Notes: generated by a model not told the origin, from the letters alone. A stretch of 64,000 bases of DNA from Candidatus Staskawiczbacteria bacterium (GCA_026395295.1 JAPLYZ010000007.1:66518-130517); one strand, 5' to 3'; positions 29,485 to 39,676 are shown, counted from the first letter of the stretch. Numbers and translations are program-made.

Positions 29485-31146
29485 TTATTGGACGATGCCG
29501 CCGCCGGAGTTGGCAAAGTCATCTGGCAAGCTTGTGGTTATTCCAGAATCTTGGGCCGTGATAGTTGTATTTGTAAACTGGTTTTCTCCTGAAATTTGAG
29601 CCTGACCTATAAGAGGCGCCTGTGATCCTTTTTGCGAATTGGTCGGAGTAAGAGAAACTTGGAAAGAAAGAGAAATTGGGTCACCGGTCACCCCTGTTCC
29701 AGCCTGCACATCGCCAACTGACCAAACAATTTCGCGACTGGCTGAATCAAAAGAAAAATTTGATAACTCGTCCTGCGGCATAATTTTTCCGGTCAAACTT
29801 ACATTTGCCGGCAGAATTGCTTTTAACTTAACGTTTTTGGCGTCGCTGAAATAATTTTTAATTTCCCAATTTATTGTGTAAGTGGTTGCTTTGCCTGCCT
29901 GCGGAGGAATTGGTCCGGAATTGGAAATGTCGGAGCTCTGATAATATGCTCTTTGAGAAATCACCAACCCTGAGCTTACTTTTATTGTGAACTTTTGGGT
30001 TATCTGAGAAATATTTACTTCGTCAGTAATAACAGTGTTACTTGCGTCAATCGCCGACGAACTCCAGTTGTCTTTCACCTTCACGTTAAAATCAACTTCG
30101 CCTTGCTGCTGAACAGCCAAATGACTTAACTGCGAAGACTGGCTGTGGTCCCAAATAATCATGTTATCATTTTGCTGGACTTGACCTCCCGCCTCGGCTT
30201 GCAAAGTAGACAAATCCAAAGCCGGGCTGTCAATTTTTGCCACCAAAAATAAATCTTCAAAAGGGGTTGACCCAACATTGGTGAAAAAAATCTGATAATG
30301 AAGGGTCTCGCCGGGTTTGGCAACATAAGAAGATGAACTATTAACCAGCTGGGAAATAAACAGCAACGGCTGTATTGCCTGCGCAGTAACGCTGGCTTCT
30401 TTCACAACAATAAAACTTCCGTTCTGCCACATTCCCAGTTTCGCCGAAAAAATTAAACTCTGGCTGGTAGCTGCCGAAATTCTGCCCGAGATTGTAATTC
30501 TTCCTCCTTGCGCCTTGTTCAAGGTTTGCAGTTTCCATTCTAAATTATCCAAAGACTTCGGGTCAGATGATATAAAATCAAAACCGGGCATAGGGTCAAC
30601 TTTTATGCTCAAATTTTCCAGCGGATAGTTTACATTGGAAAAATAATTAATTGAGTACTGTAAATTTTTTCCTTGCTCCACCTTAGTTGGCAAATCGAAA
30701 TCCAAAGTAATAGGGCTTGCATCAATTTTAGTTATAAAAGTTGTGTCCGACTCGTAGGTGGCTGTTATATTTTTGGGCACATAAGAAAGCGATGCTTTGG
30801 CGGTTTTCAAATCTCCATCTTTGCCCAAAAGTCTGGCTTTAATTTTTACCGACTCCTGACCTCCAGGATATATATCTTTTAAACTCTGCACAAACATTGT
30901 CCTGCTGTCTTCGGTCAGAGAGTTGTCCGGCAAAATAAAAACTAACTTCGCTTTCTCTAAAACAAAGTTGCCGTTATTTTTGTATTGCACTGTATATTCT
31001 ATCTCGTCTCCTATTTTGGCTGTGCTGGGCCCAAAAATTTCCAGCCTCAAAATTTCTTTTGAAAACATACTGCTCTTGTAATACAAGAACACCGCCAACA
31101 CCACTATTATAATTATAAACAAAATTAAAAGTATTTTTTTCGCCAT
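29485..31146 (-). CDS. cell-surface protein with N-terminal TM anchor and DUF11-like (CARDB-like) repeats
   Basis: Signal-anchor followed by repeated beta-rich modules (Y.I...N.G pattern). Confidence 0.55.
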   Translation of the reverse strand: MAKKILLILFIIIIVVLAVFLYYKSSMFSKEILRLEIFGPSTAKIGDEIEYTVQYKNNGNFVLEKAKLVFILPDNSLTEDSRTMFVQSLKDIYPGGQESVKIKARLLGKDGDLKTAKASLSYVPKNITATYESDTTFITKIDASPITLDFDLPTKVEQGKNLQYSINYFSNVNYPLENLSIKVDPMPGFDFISSDPKSLDNLEWKLQTLNKAQGGRITISGRISAATSQSLIFSAKLGMWQNGSFIVVKEASVTAQAIQPLLFISQLVNSSSSYVAKPGETLHYQIFFTNVGSTPFEDLFLVAKIDSPALDLSTLQAEAGGQVQQNDNMIIWDHSQSSQLSHLAVQQQGEVDFNVKVKDNWSSSAIDASNTVITDEVNISQITQKFTIKVSSGLVISQRAYYQSSDISNSGPIPPQAGKATTYTINWEIKNYFSDAKNVKLKAILPANVSLTGKIMPQDELSNFSFDSASREIVWSVGDVQAGTGVTGDPISLSFQVSLTPTNSQKGSQAPLIGQAQISGENQFTNTTITAQDSGITTSLPDDFANSGGGIVQ

Positions 31147-31270
31147 AGTTTTTTATATGTTAAATTCGTTATTTTTTTGTATAGCTATTGACAAGGACAT
31201 ATAAAATGATAACATTAACTTACTAAACGTGGGGCGGATTCTATATGAGTCCGTCCCATTTACTTTTACT

Positions 31271-31921
31271 TTATTTTTTCTTATCTTCCATTTTCAGCAT
31301 ATATTTCAAATATTCAAAATCCCTAAAATTGCTTCCTGCGAACTGACGAATTTCTCTGGCAGTCCTTGGTCCTCTGGCTAAAACTACAACTTCTTTTTTC
31401 TGCTCTCTCAGATATTTCAAAACCGGTAAAAAATCACCATCGCCAGATAAAACTATAATCTTATCAAAATTATCCATTTCTTTCATCAGATAAAAAGTCA
31501 TGTCAACATCGCAATTTGCTTTCCTCTTGCTTACTAACATCTGTTGGTCTTCGTCATAATCATAATATAATTTTACCGGCTTTAAATGCAACTCATAGCC
31601 GAAACTTTTTAATTTCGAATAAAATTTTATCCTCTTTAGATGCCGATTTATCAATATCAATTTTACGTCATCAAGTTTATCGCTTTTGTTTTTTATCTTG
31701 TCCAATAAATGTCTTGCCACATCTTCAATCGGCACAGTATCTTGAAGTAGATAATTATAGTTGAAATCATATATTTCCGCCCCGCCAAAATACAACGCCC
31801 TTGATATACCATATTTTTCTTTCAAGTAATTCAAAAGCTTCTGATAGTCAATTTTCCAGCCTAAACTTTTCTCCCCGCCATAAAAAAGATTAGAAGCATC
31901 AATAAAAACAAACGTCCTCAT
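31271..31921 (-). CDS. NYN domain (LabA-like PIN-related) protein
   Basis: FIDASNL..., LSGDGDF acidic motifs typical of NYN/LabA. Confidence 0.7.
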   Translation of the reverse strand: MRTFVFIDASNLFYGGEKSLGWKIDYQKLLNYLKEKYGISRALYFGGAEIYDFNYNYLLQDTVPIEDVARHLLDKIKNKSDKLDDVKLILINRHLKRIKFYSKLKSFGYELHLKPVKLYYDYDEDQQMLVSKRKANCDVDMTFYLMKEMDNFDKIIVLSGDGDFLPVLKYLREQKKEVVVLARGPRTAREIRQFAGSNFRDFEYLKYMLKMEDKKK

Positions 31922-31954
31922 ATTTTTATTCTACTGCACTTTAACCAAAAAAGC

Positions 31955-31985
31955 GAGCTTAAGCTCGCTTTGTTAAGCTCTCTTT
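31955..31985. terminator. palindromic hairpin flanked by A- and T-runs (bidirectional terminator candidate)
   Basis: AAAAAAGCGAGCTTAAGCTCGCTTTGTT. Confidence 0.4.
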
Positions 31986-32148
31986 TATTCGTTAACCTAA
32001 TCTCAATTCCATTATTGCATAGAATTTATTAAAAGTAAAAAAAGAAGCGGTCTTCCACAAGGTGAGTTGTGAAAAACCGCTTTTTGGCCGCGAACGAAAG
32101 ATTCAAGGAATAAGAATTCGAAAGAATCAAGCGTTTGAGGCTTGAGGG

Positions 32149-33147
32149 TTACTGCGAGACGAACCCCGACGCAGAGCCGAAGTTGTCGCTCGGGCTGGAC
32201 ACATCGTCCGCGCCGAACTTGGCCTCGACGCTGAAGCCGAAGTACGGAGCGTGGCCGAACCGACCATCGCAGTCATCGGAGAATTCGTCGCCGGCCATGT
32301 CCATGTCCAGCTCTTCCCAGCGAACGAGGCGTTCCGGATGAACCAGAACGATTGAGCCTCCAGCGACGCTGGTAAGGCCGTACTCGCCCTTGGTGAAAGA
32401 TTCGCGTGCGAGACCGACGCAGTATCCGCCCCAACGCTTACCGAGCTGGCAAGCCTGAATACGGAAATCGCCTTGCTGTTGGTCCCGCATCTTCTGCATA
32501 ACTTCCCGAGTGTGCTGAGAGACGCGGATGTGAGCCGCGTCAATCTGGTTTTCGCGCCAGTTCGTGAACGAACGCGATTCGGCAATCTTCTGAAAGATGA
32601 GCTGCAGCGCCCGGCAGTACATCTCGGCGGGGTCTTTGACCTCGGGAAAATACTTTCGGGATAGCGCATCCTCCCACGGAACAAGGAATGCTCCTTCCAC
32701 CCAATTAGGTAGTGCGATTTTCTGCTGCACGTCCCTGTAGTAGCGAAACGCAGGTTCGGGGTCGAACCCGGGAAAATGCCGAAGCATCACCTCTGCCTGT
32801 TGCTGCATGGATTTGGGACCCTTGTACTCGCGCGGATAGTCGTAGGCCGGCCGAACCTTCTTACCCGCGTACTTGCTCTGTGGAGCGCGATGCTCCTCTA
32901 TCCAAGTAGCGATGTGTTCGGAGAGGCCAGGCGTGTCGTTAATACGCTGAGCTTCCCCTTCTGTACCATCTGACAAGCCGGCTTTATCGTAAGCGGCTGT
33001 CACGATTGACACGAACTTGAGACCTTTCGAGTCCCGTGATGTGACTGACGGAGCCAATTTTTGCATCGGAGCCATCCTTTCTACCGCGTTAAACGCGGTT
33101 TTCAATGTGCGTGTTGCGAATGCCCCGCAACAGGGCGTCCTAAACAT
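32149..33147 (-). CDS. hypothetical protein on a GC-rich (about 58% GC) foreign-looking segment
   Basis: Sharp GC and codon-usage shift (GC3-rich codons) confined to the ORF body. Putative extended -10 TGnTATAAT at 33166-33176 (minus strand). Terminator hairpin + T-run at about 32033-32079. Start is ambiguous (33147 or 33075). No recognisable family. Confidence 0.5.
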   Translation of the reverse strand: MFRTPCCGAFATRTLKTAFNAVERMAPMQKLAPSVTSRDSKGLKFVSIVTAAYDKAGLSDGTEGEAQRINDTPGLSEHIATWIEEHRAPQSKYAGKKVRPAYDYPREYKGPKSMQQQAEVMLRHFPGFDPEPAFRYYRDVQQKIALPNWVEGAFLVPWEDALSRKYFPEVKDPAEMYCRALQLIFQKIAESRSFTNWRENQIDAAHIRVSQHTREVMQKMRDQQQGDFRIQACQLGKRWGGYCVGLARESFTKGEYGLTSVAGGSIVLVHPERLVRWEELDMDMAGDEFSDDCDGRFGHAPYFGFSVEAKFGADDVSSPSDNFGSASGFVSQ

Positions 33148-33190
33148 TGTGTTCAGTATGCATTTATTATATCAAATAGTGGTTTTTATG

Positions 33191-33955
33191 TCAATGGTGA
33201 TAATTATTTTTGGAGGAATGGCCGGACAATATGTAAGCATAATAATTTTCGGAAACGTTTTCAAATAATTTTTGGCTGGACACCTCAATTTTTAATTTTG
33301 ACAGCATCTGCCAATCCTTCTTAAAAATCAATCTGAAAATTTTCACGATATCAGAATTTATCTTGGTCGCAGAGGCGTCGTGTCCTAAACACTTTTTGCA
33401 AATAGTCCCGCCAATTTTATCGGAAAAATAGATTGCGTATGGATTAAGTTTCTGCTGACATATATTACATTTTTCCACCTGAGGATGGTAACCCAACAGA
33501 GAAAGGAGACTCCACAAAAAATAATAATACAAAGCTTGGAACTTGGAACTTGGAACTTGGAACTTATCCAGCGTGGTAAATGTTTCGTTTAATAAGTTGA
33601 AGACATTTTCATCTTTTTGCTCGCCTTTTATAAAATTATCTAAAACTTCGCCTATTCTATTGGCAGTTTTAAATTTTTCTAAATCCTGCCAGACATTATT
33701 GAATTTTTCTGTTGCCACCGCATCTGTGAGAGTCTTTCGCGTCTTGCCCTGTATAAATTCTATCTCCGACATAAAAAAAATATCAATCCCGCTTCTTAGC
33801 TTAGAGGCTGTTTTCCTTATAGCCTTGCCAAAAATTTCCAGCCTGCCGAATTCTTCGGTAAAAACAGAAAAAAACCTGTCCGACTCGCCCATGTCGCTTT
33901 TCTTAAAAACAAAAGCTCTTGTTTTATATTTTAAAGCCATGCTATTTGATGCCAC
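33191..33955 (-). CDS. recO: DNA repair protein RecO
   Basis: OB-fold N-terminus and Cys4 zinc motif (CNICQQK...CKKC). Contains an in-frame heptamer repeat. Confidence 0.8.
   Translation of the reverse strand: MASNSMALKYKTRAFVFKKSDMGESDRFFSVFTEEFGRLEIFGKAIRKTASKLRSGIDIFFMSEIEFIQGKTRKTLTDAVATEKFNNVWQDLEKFKTANRIGEVLDNFIKGEQKDENVFNLLNETFTTLDKFQVPSSKFQALYYYFLWSLLSLLGYHPQVEKCNICQQKLNPYAIYFSDKIGGTICKKCLGHDASATKINSDIVKIFRLIFKKDWQMLSKLKIEVSSQKLFENVSENYYAYILSGHSSKNNYHH
33534..33564. repeat. CTTGGAA heptamer tandem repeat (x4) inside recO, encoding KFQVPSSKFQ
   Basis: cttggaacttggaacttggaacttggaactt; the coding strand reads GTTCCAA. Confidence 0.65.
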
Positions 33956-34991
33956 CGATTTTTTTTAGAAAATTTACTTCTTTCCTAATCTTAGAGTGCT
34001 CTGTGGCATTTTTAGCGCCAGACATTTTCTGATTTAGTTTTCTGATGCCTTGTTTCAAATCTGCCTTAGAAATATTACTCCCGAAATCAGAAGAAAACAC
34101 GTTCTCAATCAACTTCTCTCTTTCCATAGGACTTAACGTAAGCCCGGCCTGCTTTGCCGCCTTCCATATCTTAGTGTCTGTTTCCATTTCGTGCTCCAGT
34201 TTTAATTTAGAAACTTCAGATTTGCCCTCAAAAATAGACTGATCTGTGCTACCGGGGTGAATTGTTGATAGTTTCGTCCTGGCGCCAATTACCACATCTT
34301 GGCGCGCCACATTTTGATGCATAGAATGGGAACCCAATTTATCTTCTACAAAACCTGGCTTTTGAAGGTCTTGCTCGCCATGATCAGCGCCAATCACCGA
34401 TGCCGGAATAGACGCTGTCGGATTATGTCCTGGAATTGGAATTTTTATTCCCTGGATTGACCCCTGTGCTCTATTACCTTCCTGCGGACCAGAAGCGTTA
34501 TTGGCTCGCGATGGCATTTTCGATTCTAGCGATTCTTCATCTTGTACTTGTTTCGATTTCAGCTTACCAAGACTTTCTGAAATATCCTTCTTTTCTTTTT
34601 CCTCATAAGTTTTTACAACATCCTTCTCTTTTTCAGCAGATGCCTCGGCATTAGCGGGCGGTTTTTTCTCGCCGGCGTTAAAACTCCCCAGAGAATCTCC
34701 GCCGGAAACCTTTGGCGCAGGATTATTATTTATCTGTTCTTGATCTTTTGGCTGATGCAACCATTCTGTGCTCTGTTTTTTATTGAACTTAGCTTTTTTA
34801 ACATCTGCGCCAAATATCTTAATAATAATTTTCCTCAAAGCTTTTATAATTTTAGAAATGATTATAAAAACAACCGAGATGATAATTACGGCTGCAACTA
34901 AAAATATAGACAAAAATATTAAGTTGTCTCTGTTGGAGAGATCAATATTTTTTAATATTGAGAAATCAATTGCCATTAATAATTTTGACAA
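33942..34991 (-). CDS. hypothetical membrane-anchored protein with long low-complexity region
   Basis: N-terminal TM helix; K/E/S/G-rich disordered body; no recognised motif. Confidence 0.4.
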   Translation of the reverse strand: MSKLLMAIDFSILKNIDLSNRDNLIFLSIFLVAAVIIISVVFIIISKIIKALRKIIIKIFGADVKKAKFNKKQSTEWLHQPKDQEQINNNPAPKVSGGDSLGSFNAGEKKPPANAEASAEKEKDVVKTYEEKEKKDISESLGKLKSKQVQDEESLESKMPSRANNASGPQEGNRAQGSIQGIKIPIPGHNPTASIPASVIGADHGEQDLQKPGFVEDKLGSHSMHQNVARQDVVIGARTKLSTIHPGSTDQSIFEGKSEVSKLKLEHEMETDTKIWKAAKQAGLTLSPMEREKLIENVFSSDFGSNISKADLKQGIRKLNQKMSGAKNATEHSKIRKEVNFLKKIGGIK

Positions 34992-37863
34992 GGCGTTTAG
35001 CGCCAGTGGCGTCTGCGTTCCCTTTTGCAGAAATTTCTGTTGCTCTGAATTCTTTTAGTAAAAATTCTTTATTTTTTTCTATCAACAGTTTTTCTTTTTC
35101 CGGAACAACTAGCTCAACAGATATTTTATCTTGTGGCACCAAGTTCTGCGCCTTTCTCTCAGCTTGAACTAACCTTATTATCTCTCTTAGAATTCCCTCG
35201 TTCTCCAGCTCTTCTGTAATATTCAAATCCAGTTCCACCTCATTTTTAATCTTACCATCGAAAATAATTTCTTTAACATTCACCTCATCTTTAATCAACT
35301 CTAATAATTCTTCACCCAAAACTTTTAACTTTATACTTTTAACTTTCAACTTCGCCAACGGCTGTTTAACTTTTATCCCTTTGGCGGTTCTTTCAGCTAA
35401 AGCCAAATTAACAATTTGCCTTACTTCTTCCATTTTATTTTCTAAATCTTTATCAATTTTTTTCTTATCGAACTTTGGCCACTCACACAAATGCACAGAC
35501 TCTGGCAACTTATCTACTTTCAAATCCTGATAAACTTGTTCTGCAAAAAATGGCATCACCGGAGCCGACAGCTTGGCAGTATTCAAAAGAATATAATAAA
35601 AAGTGGCAATGGCTTCATCTTTTTCTGGGTTGTCTTCGTGCAATCTTTTCCTGGATCTTCTAATATACCACAACGATAAATCGTTTATGAAGAAATCCTC
35701 TAAATTAGAGACAAACCTGGCGATGTCATATTTGTCTAAATTAATCCCTGATGCATAAATCAAACTATTTATCCTTGAGATAATCCATTTGTCTAAAATA
35801 TTCTTTGATTTTGTTTTCAAAAATTTCTCGGGGTTTCCACTTGCGGTCATCTCCTCTTTTTTTACATAAGTGTTGAAAAAAACATATGAATTGTACAAAG
35901 TCATCAATTTTCTTTTTGTTTCCTCAGCCACGTTGTAGCCAAACCCAAGATTTTCGGCCGGGTTTTGTTTGGCATAAAGCCATCTCATTGGGTCAGCTCC
36001 AATTTTTTCCACCGCGTCGTCAAACCAGATGGCGTTTCCTTTGGACTTGTGCATTTCCTCTCCTTTTTCGTCCTTAACAGAAGCATAACCAAAAATTGTT
36101 TCTGTGGGCTCCTTATCCTCTAAAACAGCCGACATTACCAGCAAAGAATAAAACCAATTTTTAAACTGACCCGGGAAAGATTCACAAACCAAATTCGCCG
36201 GAAACCATTTCTTCCAATATTTTTTATCTCCAAAATATTTCATTGTGGAGAAAGAAACAATGCCGGCGTCTAACCAAGGGTTTCCAACGTCTTCAACTCT
36301 TGAAACAATCTCTCCGCATTTCTTACACTTTATTTTTACATTATCAATAAATGGCTTGTGTGGAGATTTTCCTTCAAACTGATCCCATCCTTCAACGGCC
36401 CTCTTTTTTAATTCTTCCTTCCCGCCAACCACCTCAAAATTCCCGCATTTCTTGCATTCAAAAACCGGCAAAGCCAGCCCCCAATATCGATTCTTTTTGG
36501 AAATCAGCCAGTCGTGCATATTTTTTAGCCAATCCAGTTCTCTTTCTTTTCCAAATTCCGGTATCCAGTTTATTTTTTTTGTTATCTCAACCAGCGACTT
36601 TCTGATTTTATCCATAGAAATATACCATTCATCAGCCACCTTCCAAACTAATTCTGTTTTGCATCTCCAGCAGGCAGGGTATCTGTGTTTATATGAAAAA
36701 ATTGAAAAAAGAAAATCCTGATTGCTCATGAAATAATTCAAAATTATTTCTGGATGCTTTTTAGCATTTTTCCCGGAAAATTCGCCAAGCCCTGTCAGAT
36801 AATCTGCGCTATCATTAATAACTGAAATTACGGGCAAGCCTAATTTTTTGCCAAGCCTAAAATCTTCTCCTCCAGCGCCGGGGGCCATGTGCACCATTCC
36901 GGTTCCTTCTTCTGTTGATATGGGCATAATCAAAGAATCGGTTAAAACAACTGAATGAAATTTTTCTGGATTTTCTTGTCTTGCCGTTTCAACAACTGCC
37001 AAACTGTCAAAAATAGTTTTGTAATGCAATCCTTCCAGCGACTTTCCCTTTTCTGTATTCAAAATTTTATAACTTTTTTCCTTAAAAACCGTTTTTACCA
37101 AAGCATCAGCTACCCAATATTTTTTATCTGTTAGCTTCACCAGCGAATAATCAATTTTTTTATCAACTGCAACCGCAACATTAGCCGGAATTGTCCAAGG
37201 AGTTGTTGTCCAAACTAAAAGATACTCCTTTTCTCGCCCAACTATGGGCAACTGCATTATTATAGACTCGTGAACCAGCTCTTTGTAGTCCTCGGTCAAA
37301 ATTTCGTGTTGCGAAATTGCTGTTTCACATCTTGGACACCATGGCACAGAATCATGTCCTTTGTAAACTAATCCTTTCTCGTGACAAACTTTCAAAAAGT
37401 GCCAAATAGCATAGTTATTTTCGTCAGACATCGTGTAATACGAATTTTCCCAATCCATCCACTGGCCCAGCCTAATTGACTGCTGAGTCTGAATTGCCGA
37501 ATATTTTCTTACCCTCTCTTTGCATTTTTCAACAAATTTATCAATTCCATAAACCTCAATGTCCTTCTTATTTTTAAATCCCAGTTCTTTTTCAACTTCA
37601 ACTTCAACCCAAAGTCCTTGGCAATCAAATCCGTTTTGATACCTCTCATCAAACCCTTGCATTGCCTTGTATCTTTGCAATAAATCCTTATAAGTCCTTC
37701 CCCAAGCGTGGTGCACGCCCATTGGGTTGTTGGCAGTAATTGGCCCATCTAAAAACGACCAGGGCTTTCCCTTTTTATTTTTTTCTCTCAGTTTCTCAAA
37801 AATCTTATTCTCCTCCCAAAACTTTAAAACTTTTTTTTCTTCCTCTGGAAAATTATACGCCAT
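34966..37863 (-). CDS. ileS: isoleucyl-tRNA synthetase
   Basis: HIGH-type motif (PMGVHHAWG), KMSKSKGN, editing domain; 965 aa. Confidence 0.9.
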   Translation of the reverse strand: MAYNFPEEEKKVLKFWEENKIFEKLREKNKKGKPWSFLDGPITANNPMGVHHAWGRTYKDLLQRYKAMQGFDERYQNGFDCQGLWVEVEVEKELGFKNKKDIEVYGIDKFVEKCKERVRKYSAIQTQQSIRLGQWMDWENSYYTMSDENNYAIWHFLKVCHEKGLVYKGHDSVPWCPRCETAISQHEILTEDYKELVHESIIMQLPIVGREKEYLLVWTTTPWTIPANVAVAVDKKIDYSLVKLTDKKYWVADALVKTVFKEKSYKILNTEKGKSLEGLHYKTIFDSLAVVETARQENPEKFHSVVLTDSLIMPISTEEGTGMVHMAPGAGGEDFRLGKKLGLPVISVINDSADYLTGLGEFSGKNAKKHPEIILNYFMSNQDFLFSIFSYKHRYPACWRCKTELVWKVADEWYISMDKIRKSLVEITKKINWIPEFGKERELDWLKNMHDWLISKKNRYWGLALPVFECKKCGNFEVVGGKEELKKRAVEGWDQFEGKSPHKPFIDNVKIKCKKCGEIVSRVEDVGNPWLDAGIVSFSTMKYFGDKKYWKKWFPANLVCESFPGQFKNWFYSLLVMSAVLEDKEPTETIFGYASVKDEKGEEMHKSKGNAIWFDDAVEKIGADPMRWLYAKQNPAENLGFGYNVAEETKRKLMTLYNSYVFFNTYVKKEEMTASGNPEKFLKTKSKNILDKWIISRINSLIYASGINLDKYDIARFVSNLEDFFINDLSLWYIRRSRKRLHEDNPEKDEAIATFYYILLNTAKLSAPVMPFFAEQVYQDLKVDKLPESVHLCEWPKFDKKKIDKDLENKMEEVRQIVNLALAERTAKGIKVKQPLAKLKVKSIKLKVLGEELLELIKDEVNVKEIIFDGKIKNEVELDLNITEELENEGILREIIRLVQAERKAQNLVPQDKISVELVVPEKEKLLIEKNKEFLLKEFRATEISAKGNADATGAKRLVKIINGN

Positions 37864-37870
37864 TTTTTTA

Positions 37871-38863
37871 TTATTTTTTATCTTCTATTTTTATAGCTCT
37901 TGTTTCTTCGCCTAATTTCCTGAATGCTCCTTTGCCATAGGTTTTCTCTACCAAACGAGCAACCCTTAACCTTTTACCGGTAAAATACGCTTCTGCAAAA
38001 ACATTAAAAACATCTTCTCTCGTTTGAAATTGTTCAGGATTTTTTAGCTGAATATCTTTCATCATTCCCTTTAACTTTTTCCGTTCCTCGCGATATGCAT
38101 AAGGTCTGCCCGCTGTAGATTTTTCTTTTGTTACAAATAGACTGGCTACAACCCCTGGATTAACTCTAACTGTCGCGCTAAAACTATCTCTTTCCCGTAT
38201 ATCGTCTGCCAACACTGAAATTGATCCAAAATATTCTTTATCAAATCTTTTTGTAAGCTCTTCTGTAACAGCCTCATTGATACCCTTAAAATAGTCTTCT
38301 TCTGCTTTCGTCGTCGATACAAATCCTTCAACCCTACTCGATATTTTTCCATCTTTAGAACCATAATTAGCAGACTGGAAAGCATTAAAATGTATCAGCT
38401 CATGAGCCACTCTTTGGGCAAAATATAATCTACTTTCCATTTCAGGAAGAATAAAGATGGAAACTGCCTGTTTATAAGGACGGTACCGCCCTCCAACCTT
38501 ATTTTTAGCATTATCAATCTTTTCTCTTTGCTCTTCCGTTAATTCACTCAAATCTACCTTATCAAAGTCTATAATATGAACATGCTCAGGCTTTATAGGT
38601 GCTGGATCACCTCCATATTTTTCAATAAATTCAGGAATGCAAGATGAAATTTGACTTATTATCTCCAATTCTTCTGGGCTTTTCTCTCGCTCTATCCCGT
38701 AGGGAGCTTGTTTGTCGAATAATTCTGTTTTAACGTTTTTTAAAATTGTTTTTTCCTGTCCCCGCGAAACACCGACAACCCTCATCAAGCCCGAAGTTCT
38801 TTCTGGCTTTTGCTCTTCCGGCTGTGGTTCTTCTTCGAAATGTTCGCCTGGCTCTTTTAACAT
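37871..38863 (-). CDS. hypothetical protein with HExxH motif (putative metallopeptidase)
   Basis: VAHELIHF motif; otherwise unassigned. Confidence 0.35.
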   Translation of the reverse strand: MLKEPGEHFEEEPQPEEQKPERTSGLMRVVGVSRGQEKTILKNVKTELFDKQAPYGIEREKSPEELEIISQISSCIPEFIEKYGGDPAPIKPEHVHIIDFDKVDLSELTEEQREKIDNAKNKVGGRYRPYKQAVSIFILPEMESRLYFAQRVAHELIHFNAFQSANYGSKDGKISSRVEGFVSTTKAEEDYFKGINEAVTEELTKRFDKEYFGSISVLADDIRERDSFSATVRVNPGVVASLFVTKEKSTAGRPYAYREERKKLKGMMKDIQLKNPEQFQTREDVFNVFAEAYFTGKRLRVARLVEKTYGKGAFRKLGEETRAIKIEDKK

Positions 38864-38935
38864 AAATTTTATTTTCTATTCTTTATTATCTCAGGTTATC
38901 ATACGATAACCAACGTTTTATATTGCAAATTGCAT

Positions 38936-38973
38936 ATAGTAAGTTTTTTGGCTCGAGCCAAAAAACTTACTAT
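38936..38973. terminator. perfect 38-nt palindrome after the phosphatase gene (terminator/operator candidate)
   Basis: ATAGTAAGTTTTTTGGCTCGAGCCAAAAAACTTACTAT. Confidence 0.45.
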
Positions 38974-38977
38974 TCTG

Positions 38978-39676
38978 TTATATTAAATCTTTCAATGACT
39001 TTAAAATTTTACCCTTGCCTTGCCTAAATTCTCTCTCGCTAATTTTGACTCTTCTCAACAAATTTCCGTCATCCTCTTTTTTATACGGATTAAGCTCTAT
39101 TAATTCGCCTTTTGTGACTTTTTTCTCTTGAAGAATCTTTTTCAGTTTTTCTACGTCTTTCAAAACAGAAGCGTCTATAATTTTTGCCCGCAAAAGCATA
39201 AGAGGGGCTTGGTGGCTGACAACCAAAATGTTTTTGCTTCTATATTTCTCGTTTATTTCTTTGAAAAAATCAAACACTCTTTTAACAACCTCTGTATAAT
39301 TTTCCCCGCCCGGAGTTTTATTTTTTATCCTATCTATGTCTGCTAATCCCGGACCCTTAAAATATCTTACAAATTCATCAACTGGCTTAGAATTAAAAAT
39401 TCCGACATCAATTTCTCTCAAGCGCTTATCAAAAATCACTTTTAGCCCCAGCTTTTTTGCAACAATCTCTGCTGTTTGTTCTGTTCTTAGTAAATCTGAC
39501 GCAAAAATCAAATCAATATTTTTTGCTTTCAATTTCTCGGCCTCTTCTTTTATTTTTTCCTTGCCATTTTTTGTAAGTGGATTTTTGAACTTCTCCGGCC
39601 AAGAGGAAACAACATCTTTGACATTTGACTTCGCCTCTCCATGCCTCAACAAAAAATACTTGTTATTAAGTTTCAT
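38978..39676 (-). CDS. histidine phosphatase family protein (phosphoglycerate mutase-like)
   Basis: LLRHGE catalytic RHG motif; SHQ. Confidence 0.7.
   Translation of the reverse strand: MKLNNKYFLLRHGEAKSNVKDVVSSWPEKFKNPLTKNGKEKIKEEAEKLKAKNIDLIFASDLLRTEQTAEIVAKKLGLKVIFDKRLREIDVGIFNSKPVDEFVRYFKGPGLADIDRIKNKTPGGENYTEVVKRVFDFFKEINEKYRSKNILVVSHQAPLMLLRAKIIDASVLKDVEKLKKILQEKKVTKGELIELNPYKKEDDGNLLRRVKISEREFRQGKGKILKSLKDLI

Noticed and set aside
32127-32973. Several 60-185-aa ORFs in other frames across the GC-rich cassette (e.g. 32127-32684 minus, 32712-32909 plus)
   Set aside because: High GC suppresses stop codons in all frames. Only the 332-aa frame has a promoter and terminator in the right places, so the others are treated as shadows.
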